A stretch of 64,000 bases of DNA. Source: Chrysomallon squamiferum. Lineage: Eukaryota; Animalia; Mollusca. The notes under the pieces are model-generated. The model ran no database searches. It was not told the DNA's origin and saw nothing but the letters and a program-made list of their open reading frames with translations. A program made the position numbers and the translations under genes. Positions 1-64,000 of this stretch are shown here, piece by piece (the stretch's first letter is position 1; every line of letters begins with the position of its first letter). The stretch lies in contig CM022677.1 of NCBI GenBank assembly GCA_012295275.1, positions 22,196,001 to 22,260,000 of the forward strand. Direction: 5' to 3'.

Positions 1-57
1 AAATAATAATACAAAAATAAAAAATAAAAATAAAATAAATTATAATTTCGTTCACAG

Positions 58-181
58 GACGAAGAAACTGAAACTTGCTTATGAAACATTTCATGAGAAA
101 AAAGAGGGAAAAAAATCAGAAGAAACTGAAGAAACTGCATCATTTGACAACCCTGCGTTTGAACCTGACAAGCTTTACTGA
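58..181 (+). CDS. Terminal exon (cytoplasmic tail) of upstream paralog, gene 0 of the Ig-like receptor cluster
   Basis: Acceptor ttcgttcacag|G at 57/58. Phase-2 reading gives (R)TKKLKLAYETFHEKKEGKKSEETEETASFDNPAFEPDKLY* (TGA 179-181). Clearly homologous to exon 40526-40643, and the 3' UTR 182-500 matches ~40644-41000. Confidence 0.8.
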
Positions 182-651
182 ACCAGTGACGTTTCACAGT
201 AATAGAATAGAAACACTTAACAATCAGACATTTGTTTTATTTGTGGTTAATTTCAACTAGAGATTAATACATATCATTATGAATTTGTCTAGTTTTTGTG
301 TTTATGTTTCTGTTTTTGTGATAACTTTTATGATAATACTGAAGTATAAACTTTCATTTATGTTACTAAGTCATACTACTTGTTTGATAATTAAATTTCA
401 GTTCTTGTTAAAACTTTAAAACTATAAATATCTCTTAGTTATAAAGTTGGTTTTTAGTATTAAAGTATTAAAAATTCAACTTTTCGTCATTTCACTCTCA
501 GGAAAAAATAAGAAGAAGAAAAAAAGTAACTGTCCAACTTATTTACGAAAGGCATTCAGTATAAAACTTTCATTCTTTTTTGATTCATTGATTGATTGAA
601 AAAACTATTTCTTACATCCACAACCTTAGAACCTTACACAGATGTCTGATC

Positions 652-731
<80 letters not shown>

Positions 732-979
732 GATGAGAAAATTAGAACTAATACTACATTTATTTATAAAATAAAAATACAGGTAAAATGTAAACATATT
801 TTTGTATCAACTAATTGAAAGATCTGAGTAGAAAAACTTTACAGATGTAATTTGTTCTATTTCCTTATGATTTGCCATAATGGTTAATACACGATATCAA
901 CGTTATTAATATTTAAATAATCACTGTATCTAAGCACAGTAGGTGTGACTCACAAATCTTTGAACGTTTGCAAACTGCC

Positions 980-1216
980 TCATCTAAGAAACAAAATTAA
1001 AAGGGAACTGATTTCGTGCTGTCTGGCATTTGCACATCTTAGCTTGCAGAAAGGGCAGTTGATTTGTTTGTCGTTGTTTTGGTGATTTTTATTGATATAA
1101 TCCTGCAAACATTTCGTACAGAACGAATGACCGCAAAAAAGACAAAGTGGATTCTTGAATATATCCAAACAAAGACAACAAGATATTTGGTCATCGGAAC
1201 TTGAAGCTGTTGCCAT
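980..1216 (-). pseudogene. RING-HC (C3HC4) finger, N-terminus of a TRIM-like E3 ligase, truncated or frameshifted
   Basis: ORF MATASSSDDQISCCLCLDIFKNPLCLFCGHSFCTKCLQDY...INCPFCK has canonical RING-HC spacing. An acceptor-like cacag lies 2 nt before the ATG. After the RING, the TRIM-typical FPFNF segment and a Cys-rich B-box-like remnant are in other frames with stops. Confidence 0.7.
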
Positions 1217-1228
1217 ATCTGTGATGAT

Positions 1229-1288
<60 letters not shown>

Positions 1289-1649
1289 CAGAAGAAGAAG
1301 AAGAAGAAGAAGAAGAAGAAGAATAATAAGAAGAAAATAATAATAAAGAGTAATAAAAATAAAATCATTACGTCAGTAAATTAATGAACCTCTCAATGCA
1401 GTCCTGTATTAGTGTACATGTAAATGATTAATTCATTTATACATTTATTTCTGTATTTGTTTATTTATTTGATTGTTTGTTTATTTACATATTTAGTTTT
1501 ATTTCAGTTGGAAGACGACAGTTCTACTGTAAATTGTAGGAAGTGAAGGTTTTTAAAGATTTTTATAAGAACATAACTTAAACAGGGCTTTATTTTAAAA
1601 TATCTTAAACAACAACAACAACAACGACAATAACAACAACAATAACAAC

Positions 1650-1691
<42 letters not shown>

Positions 1692-2042
1692 CATAATAAT
1701 AACAACAACAACAACAACAAAATAATGATAACAATAATAAAAGGTCATGAATCATTCTTTTTCTTGTGGAAAACAGCATGAAAATCATGACTAATGTAGA
1801 GTAATTTGAGCATATATGTGTATAAAGTTAGAAAATGGTTGTCACAGTCTCTCACTAAGGTATTAATAACAGACAGAGGGATTCGCTTGTGGAAGGACTC
1901 ACAAAAATACATTTGCTCTCAGCCTCAAACGTCATTAGTGAAATGGATTTATTAGGCCTTTTTTTTCTTTTTTTAAGAGATATTTAAATATAAAGTAAAA
2001 TTGCAATGAAAAACTGGAAAGTTAGTTACGTAATAATAACAT

Positions 2043-2045
<3 letters not shown>

Positions 2046-2120
<75 letters not shown>

Positions 2121-2180
2121 GGGTGAAAATTTAAAAATAAAACGATTTATTAAGTATAAAAAGTAAATTACATTGAAAAA

Positions 2181-2215
<35 letters not shown>

Positions 2216-2314
2216 CTATATGTATGTTTGTATGTGGGTATGTATGTAGGCACTGTTCAAAAAATAAAAATGTATTGTGTTTGTTTAGGTGTGAAAATAT
2301 ATCACTGTCCTATG

Positions 2315-2345
<31 letters not shown>

Positions 2346-2399
2346 CAACAACAATAACAAGAACAGCAGCAAGAACAGGAAGAACAACAATAATAATTA

Positions 2400-2487
<88 letters not shown>
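2046..2487. repeat. (GA)n, (AAT)n and (AAC)n microsatellites
   Basis: Pure AG dinucleotide runs at ~2046-2118 and ~2404-2487 with interspersed AAT/AAC triplets. Confidence 0.95.
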
Positions 2488-2490
<3 letters not shown>

Positions 2491-2849
2491 TACAGCTTAT
2501 ATAAAACAAAATGGAATTCTTACCGGATTGGATATTTTGCTACAAAGAGATGACAATCAGGCTGTGTTGCTGTGGAAACCAGGTTTTAAATTTTATGAAA
2601 CAAACATACAAATACGTGATCTAATATACCCGCTTGAAGAGAACTTTGACCATCTCGTGATGGAGAACAAACTCAGATGAGGTATGTCAGTTTCAAACCA
2701 TGGCCTTAAAAAGTTAAAAAGATTACATATCAACATTACAAAGTTATCTTTTCTCTTTAACATGAAATAAAACATCCAGGTCCAGTTTTGTTTAAATAAC
2801 GGGTGTGGTGTGGTATTTATATATTTACTTACAGAACCACTGTTACCTA

Positions 2850-2852
2850 TGA

Positions 2853-2895
<43 letters not shown>

Positions 2896-3182
2896 GCTGC
2901 TGCTACTACTATTACTACAACTGTTAGTAGTACTGTTCCTACGATAGCTTTACTTCCACTACTAACATCAACAACATTAAACTGTTACTAGTACTATAAC
3001 TACTTTAATTTCTGTTACTGCCACAACATTTGATGATACTACAATCAGCTCCACTGTGAGTACTTCTACTATTAGTCCTGCTACTACAGGTACTAGTATT
3101 ACTATTAATACTACAACTAACATTACTGTTACTAGTGCTGCTAATACTGCAACTGTTAATACTACTCATACTATAACATTTT

Positions 3183-3230
<48 letters not shown>

Positions 3231-3300
3231 AACTACAACTACTACTGCTAGTGTTGCTGCTACTACTACTACTACTACTAGTGTTGCTGCTACTAGTAGT
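2850..3300. repeat. Degenerate (TAC)n microsatellite
   Basis: ACT/TAC triplet tract. Its left flank (ggtgtggtgtggtattta) is homologous to ~41220, next to the larger TAC tract upstream of gene B. Confidence 0.9.
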
Positions 3301-3699
3301 GTCATATACATTCAAATTTCTTTATCATCAAATGTTTCTTTGTTTAACACTGACACAGTCATTTGTTTAATCTGTTTTGTATGTAGCGATAACATGACCT
3401 ACTAATCTGTTTTGCCAAGAGTAAAGTTTACTTGGCTCTCTTAATGTTATTACCTACAGATATACTCAGTACAAGTCAAGTTTCAACAGACACACATATA
3501 CACACACATACACACAACCATATACAGATAAGCAGTTTTCCTTTCATAAATCACACATATACACACACTTAGAATAATTAAATAAATTAATACAATTGTG
3601 ATTACTTTGCTTATAAAGCAAGTTTTTTCTGTTTCTTAGTATTGTTGTATTTAACAATTAAACATCAGTTTATCACGCAGACTTTAATCTAAATATGCC

Positions 3700-4024
3700 C
3701 AAATAATTGTTTACACACTAATTTAAGACATTTGTATTAAAGTCCAGTGTCACGTGAAATGCATGTGATCTCTGGATTATGTTGCTTTAAAAATGTCATG
3801 AATAGAATTGTTTTCAGTTTTCATGCGATAAGCAAACTGATGATATAAATATCAGTTTCCTTCTTCGTACAGTCATCTGTCCTTAATTCCACCTACCTCC
3901 AATTCCCAGACTACCTGCAACACTAGACCCACTCCTCCGATCATAATAACACACAGTGACTGCATACATTAAATCTTTTAATTACTTGTATATCAACAGC
4001 AGCTTTAAAACATAACCAGATTTC

Positions 4025-4056
<32 letters not shown>

Positions 4057-4393
4057 TAATAATTGAAAAAAACGATAAAATAAATAAATAAATAATTCTT
4101 ACATATATAAGAGATTCGTATATTTGTATATTAGAAAACACGTTCTAAGATGACGTAATGTTCAAATTAATGACGCAATCGACGGAGATTACTCAGCGTC
4201 TGCTCCAAAGAAGATAGTTATATGTGCAATTTTAATTTATTTTTTTACTTTTAGGTAAAGATGCCATCAAAATTAAAGGGAAAAAACGTAAAAACGGAAA
4301 TTGAAAAGAAATACAGTGACTTTTATTAGGTTTGCTTTTCATAATTTATTTTCTCATCGTATTAGTCCACACAAAGTAGCAAGTTCAGTGAGT
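3700..4393 (+). promoter_or_regulatory. Putative promoter and non-coding first exon of gene A
   Basis: Highly similar to 43740-44553 upstream of gene B. Motifs: TCACGTGA 3750-3757, TGACGTAA 4151-4158, TGACGCAAT 4171-4179, TTACTCA 4189-4195, GAAATTGAAA 4297-4306. Donor GTGAGT at 4388 is conserved in both paralogs. Confidence 0.5.
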
Positions 4394-4782
4394 ATTCTAT
4401 TTATATTTGTAATTGGATAGCTACGGTGAATTTTAATAAAACAACAATAATAAATAGAATAAAATTGTATAATAGTAATAGTTGTAGTAGTAGTAGTAGT
4501 AGTTGTAGTTTGAGTAACAGTAGTAGTAGTGGTAGAAGCACTGAAAATAATTATAAATAAATAAATAAATAAATAAATAAATGAATAAGTAAATAAATAA
4601 TAGAAAGACGACACTAAATAGCAATTTTATAGATTTGCGCCTATGGCAAGCACTGAATTATGTCCCTTTGTAACATTTCACACCCATATTTTACATAACA
4701 TTACCATAATATAAAACTAGTTGAACTGTTAGATAATATTTTAACATATTTTATTTTTCAGATTATCTAGTGAAGTTAAAAT

Positions 4783-40643
<35,861 letters not shown>

Positions 40644-41294
40644 ACTGAACCAGTGACGTTTCACAATAATAGAATAGAAACACTTAACAATCAGACATTT
40701 GTTTTATTTGTGGTTAATTTCAACTACAGATTAATATATATATATATATATATATATATCATTATGAATTTGTCTAGTTTTTATGTTTATGTTTCCGTAT
40801 TCGTGATAACTTTTATGATAATACTGAGCTATAAAATTTCCTTCATGTTACCAAGTCATACTATTTTGGGATAATTAAATTTCAGTTCTTGTTAAAACTT
40901 TATAAAAATATAAATATCTGTTTGTTATAAAGTAGTTTTTTTATTATTATTAAAGTATTATAAAAAAATGAAAAATCAACTTTTCGTCATTTGACTCTTA
41001 GCCAAAAAAAAAATGTACCTTATGTTGGAATATGTTTCCCGGTTTTATTACATTTATTGAAGAATAGAAAAAAAATGTACATTATAAAAACATTATAAAG
41101 ATACATTTTAAAAAGTAAATGAAAAGGAGATAGAATCCAAAAGTTAACAAAAAGAGATAATTAATTGTCTTTTCTTTTTTATATGAAATCAAACAGACAG
41201 GTCAGGTTTGTTTAAATAGCGAGTGTGGTGTGGTATTTAGATATTTACTTATCAGAACCTTTCTTTCCTTTAGCTGCTCCTCTTCCTTCTCCTC

Positions 41295-41306
41295 CTACTA
41301 CTACTA

Positions 41307-41339
<33 letters not shown>

Positions 41340-41340
41340 T

Positions 41341-41373
<33 letters not shown>

Positions 41374-42116
41374 TACTACTACTACTACTTCTACTACTAC
41401 TACTGTTGCTACTATTACTATTACTATTACTACTACTACTACTACTACTATTACTACTACTATTACTACTACTACTGCTACTACTACTACTATTACTACT
41501 ACTACTACTACTACTGTTGCTACTACTACTACTACTGTTGCTACCACTACTACTACTACTACTACTACTATTACTACTACTACTATTACTACTACTACTT
41601 CTACTACTACTACTACTACTACTACTATTACTACTACTACTATTACTACTACTATTACTACTACTACTATTACTACTATAACTACTACTATTACTACTAC
41701 TAATACTACTATTACTACTACTACTACTGCTACTACTACTACTATTACTACTACTACTACCACTGCTACCACTACTACTAATACTACTACAACTACCACT
41801 ACTACTGCTACTACTACTATTATTACTACCTCTACTACGGGTTTACTACTCCTACCAGTATCAATACGGTTAAAATAATACTGGTACTATCACTACTTTA
41901 ACTACAGTTATTACATCAAATAATTCTACTTCTACATTACAAATGTTGTAAGTACTACTACTTTTACTGCTGCTACTGCAGCCACTAGTATTACTATTGT
42001 TACTACTACTAATGTTACTATTGCTAGTCCTACTAATGCTACAGTTGTTAATACAACTGAGATTGCTACAACTTTACAACAGCAACAACAACTATATTAC
42101 TACAACAACAACAACA

Positions 42117-42166
<50 letters not shown>

Positions 42167-42170
42167 ATGT
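41295..42170. repeat. Long (TAC)n/(ACT)n microsatellite
   Basis: Triplet tract open in several frames (poly-T, poly-Y, poly-L, poly-V). Confidence 0.95.
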
Positions 42171-42879
42171 CTTTACTATACCAACAGTTTTAAATGTTAC
42201 TGCTACTACTACTGCCTTTCAGATTCAAATTTCTTTATGATCAATTTGTTTCTTTGTTTATAATATAATCATTTGTTTAGTCTGTGTATACTTAGTTTTG
42301 TATGTACAACTCGTGTATAATTAACTTATTACCTAAACAGGTGCTAGTGATAAAATGACCTACTAACCTGTTTTGTCAAGAGTAAAGTTTACTTAGCTGT
42401 CTTATATTTATAACATACAGATACACTCAGTACAAACCGACGTGATATGAAGTTTTCTTTATACTTAAATCTAATCCATAAAACAGAAGTGCCAAAAAAA
42501 TATTAATATTATAAGAATAAAATTCTTCTGACGTTATTTCATTTAAATTTGTGTCTTAAACTGTTTATCTATTTCTCTGTACAATGTAATTAAACTGTAT
42601 AATACTTAATAAATATGAATATTAACACTAAAAAAAATACGTTCCTGTTTTAAGTATTTTAGCATGTTTACTTGTTTATTTATTTGTGTGTTTGTTTGAT
42701 TGATTGATTTATTTGTTTATTTGCTTATTTACATATTTATTTGTTTACTTGTTCATTTATGTATTTATTAATTTTCATTTATTTGTTCGCTATTTATTTA
42801 TGTTGTTATCTTTTGCATGTGGGCGTGTAATTCTGTGATTTCTTGAAAACTGGTATCATCAGTAAGTGAAATGACGGAG

Positions 42880-42883
<4 letters not shown>

Positions 42884-42955
<72 letters not shown>

Positions 42956-43075
42956 CAGATAATAACTGACGGACGTACACATTTTGATATTTTTTTTGTA
43001 ACATAATTACTTCTTAAGAGTTCACTTCACACCTCAGTTGTTAAGAAATTAATATTGTTTTATTTTCCTTTTTCT
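42884..43075 (+). repeat. Orphan fragment of the intronic microexon-cassette repeat in intergenic DNA
   Basis: (CT)n-cattcagataataactgacggacgtacacattttgat...aagagttcacttcacacctcag...aattaatattgttttattttcc matches the sequence upstream of the microexons but ends before the acceptor. Confidence 0.8.
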
Positions 43076-43558
43076 CGCTCGTATTAAGTTGGCTTTGTAC
43101 TAAATGTAAGATTCTTTACGGCTAGGTAATAAATTTAGACAACTAAATATACTTTAGATTTGACAAAGCAGACTAGTAAGTCATTATATCGCTAAGAAAG
43201 AGATCACAATCAGGCTGTGTTGCTGTCGAAACCAGTTTTCAGTTCTATGAGACAAACACACAAATACGTGATCTAATATACCCGCTTGACCATCTCGTGA
43301 TGGAGATAAAACTCAAGTGAGGTATGTCAATTTCAAACGATGGCCTAATTTAGTAAACTGATACTTACATATGTCAGTTAAGAAAAATTACTAATCAACT
43401 AAACATTTTTATCTTTTCTCTTTGACATCAAATGTTTCTTGGTGTAACACTGACACTTTCATCTGTTTAATCTGTTTTGTCAAGAGTAAAGTTTGCTTGG
43501 CTCTCTTAAATTTGTTACATTCAGATATACTCAGTACAAGTCAACTTTCTACACACAT

Positions 43559-43608
<50 letters not shown>

Positions 43609-43739
43609 CATGCACATACACAGAATAAATAAATAAGATTGTGATCACTTTGCTTACGAACCGAGTTTTATCTGTTTCTTGGTATTGTTGTATTTAACAA
43701 TTAAATTTCAGTTTATCACGCAGACATTAATTTAAATAT

Positions 43740-44553
43740 GCCCGAATATTTTTTTACACACTAATTTAAGACATTTGTATTAATGTTCAGTATCACGTGA
43801 AATGCATGTGATCTCTGGCTTATGTTGCTTTAAAAATGTCATGAATAGACTTGTTTTCAGTTTTCATGCGATAACCTTGAAAAAACATTAACGTGCTAAT
43901 CAGAGCAAGCTGTTGTGAAGCACGTCTACGACGGCCACGCTTTCTGACAGGTCAGTGGGCGTGTCCGTCGCAGAATTATGCGATCAGCAAACTGATGATA
44001 TAAATATCAGTTTCCTTCTTCGTACAGTCATCTGTCCTTAATTCCACCTACCTCCAATTCCCAGACTACCTGCAACACTAGACCCACTCCTCCGATCATA
44101 ATAACACACAGTGACTGCATACATTAAATCTCTTAATTATTTGTATATCAACAGCAGCTTTAAAACATAACCAGATTTCCAAAATAATCATAATAATAAT
44201 TATAATAATAATAATAATTAAAAAAAATAAAAAGACAAAAAAATAAATAAATAAATTCTTGCATATGTAAGAGATTCGTATATCTGTTTATTACAACACG
44301 CGTTCTGAGATGACGTAATGTTCAAATTAATGACGCAATCGATAGAGATTACTCAGCGTCTGCTCCAAAGAAGATAGTTATATATGCAATTTTAATATAT
44401 TTTTTTACTTTTAGGTAAAGCTGCCATCAAAATTAAAGGAAAAAACGTAAAAACTGAAATTGAAAAGAAATACAGTGACTTTTATTCGGTTTGCTTTTTA
44501 TAATTTCTTTTCTCAGTCGTTTAAATCCATCCAAACTAGCAGGTTCAGTGAGT
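43740..44553 (+). promoter_or_regulatory. Putative promoter and non-coding first exon of gene B
   Basis: Paralogous to 3700-4393. Motifs: TCACGTGA 43793, TGACGTAA 44311, TGACGCAAT 44331, TTACTCA 44349, GAAATTGAAA 44456, Inr-like TCAGT 44513, donor GTGAGT 44548. Confidence 0.5.
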
Positions 44554-44908
44554 ATTCTATTTATATCTGTAACTGGATAAATATGGTGAACTTTAATAAA
44601 TCAGTAACAATAAATAGAATAAAAATGTATAGTAGTAGTAGTTGTTGTTGTTGTTGTTGTTATTGTTGTAGTAGTAGAAGAAGTGAGAATAATTATAAAT
44701 AAATAAATGAATAAATAAATAAATTATAAAAAGACAACATTAAATAGCAGTTTTATAAATTTGCGCCTATAGCAAGCTCTGAATTATGTCCCTATGTAAC
44801 ATTTCACACCCATAATTTACATAAGATTACTATAATATAAAACTAGTAGAACTGTCAAATAATATTTTAATATATTTTATTTTTCAGATTATCTTGTGAA
44901 GTCAAAAT

Positions 44909-62955
<18,047 letters not shown>

Positions 62956-64000
62956 GTAAGTAATATAAAAACATATACAGATATTTCTTTCCTTTTTACT
63001 GCACAAAGACAGTAAAGCGAAGTGTTTCATAAACAGAAAAACCTATGTGATTCACATTTTTAACAGAAAAAAAAAATAAAAAAAAAATAAAAAATAAAAT
63101 AACAACAAAAAAAGCTATAATGGTTAATGAAGTATAAATAATAATAAAAGAAGGAATAAATCAATCAATAAATAAAAAATTAACCGATTGTTAAAAATGC
63201 AGTTACTTAATTGATATTCATAACTAATAATCAACAATATTTTATTTTTGAGTCAAATGTGATACAAGTATGAAATTGCTGAAGCAGTTATTTGAAATAA
63301 TTTTACCTTATTCGTTAAATATATTTGCACATAATTTTGTCAAATCTCTTCCCTATTTTAATTTAATTTAATTTTATTAGTATTTATTTTCTAAATACAA
63401 TATTTTTCTTTAATTTCCTTTCTTAGAATTATAGTTCTTTTTCATATATTCCTTTTCTTTGTTGCTTCTTCCCTCTTGTATCGTTTTTCCTCTTTCGTCT
63501 TTCTTCTTTTTTCTTTTTTATATTTCTCTTCCATCATCTTTACACTTTCTCATTCATTCTGTCTTTTATACAACATATTTTTGTTTATTGTTTACACACC
63601 ACCATTAACGATACTGCGAGAATGCAGCGATTCAAAGGTCAAACTGTGCGAGTTCAAACCCTAATTTTGATCATTCAGACATTCAACATCTTTCTGTACG
63701 TGTTTAATTTATTACAAACATCGCGTCTTTAGCGGACTTATGGAGTAGAAAAGATAGTGCGGCTGATGGAGATCGGGGCTCTGTTTGGGTTTCTATGTTT
63801 GTAAAACTTAAATATACCTTACACTTACTACGTGTTTTATGATGTGTAAAATAAGTTTAATCAGTGAACTGGATATATTTGTAATTGTAATTTAGTAGCA
63901 GGACGTTATCCCTGCTATGTTTGTCGTGGGTACTTATTTGACTGACGTAAACAAAGACTGTGAATTTGTTGAAAACAGTTGTCTGTAATTTGTGTCCGTC

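Noticed and set aside
2520-2690. Protein-like segment DDNQAVLLWKPGFKFYETN... ending near a GTATGT donor
   Set aside because: No start or acceptor found; the copy at 43205-43345 has a 10-nt deletion; at most an unidentifiable relic.
41225-41878. 217-aa Thr-rich ORF as a mucin domain
   Set aside because: Pure TAC microsatellite, open in several frames on both strands, lying after the gene A stop and 3' UTR with no convincing splice sites.

Overview
AT-rich, microsatellite-laden animal genomic DNA; an invertebrate, plausibly a mollusc, though that is inference only. Most entries in the ORF track are microsatellite artefacts. Reading splice sites reveals a head-to-tail cluster of at least three paralogous + strand genes for type I membrane proteins with 6-Cys Ig-like domains: the last exon of gene 0 (58-181), complete gene A (CDS 4783-40643) and the 5' part of gene B (44909 to beyond the window end). 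The 8-35 kb region looks like satellite DNA but is an array of about 43 tandemly amplified intron+microexon units. Each carries one 24- or 27-nt phase-1 symmetric microexon. Together they would build a variable stalk of about 360 aa (polybasic RRRKPRL, then EYPKKENQ repeats) between the Ig domains and the transmembrane helix. Gene B instead multiplied its second Ig exon five times in ~3-kb units and has the same microexon cassette with strongly diverged cationic peptides. The cytoplasmic tails carry FDNPxF motifs, and a second FHNPVY tail sits behind a TGA. A degenerate TRIM/RING fragment lies on the minus strand at ~1 kb. All exon structures are predicted by eye and need transcript support.
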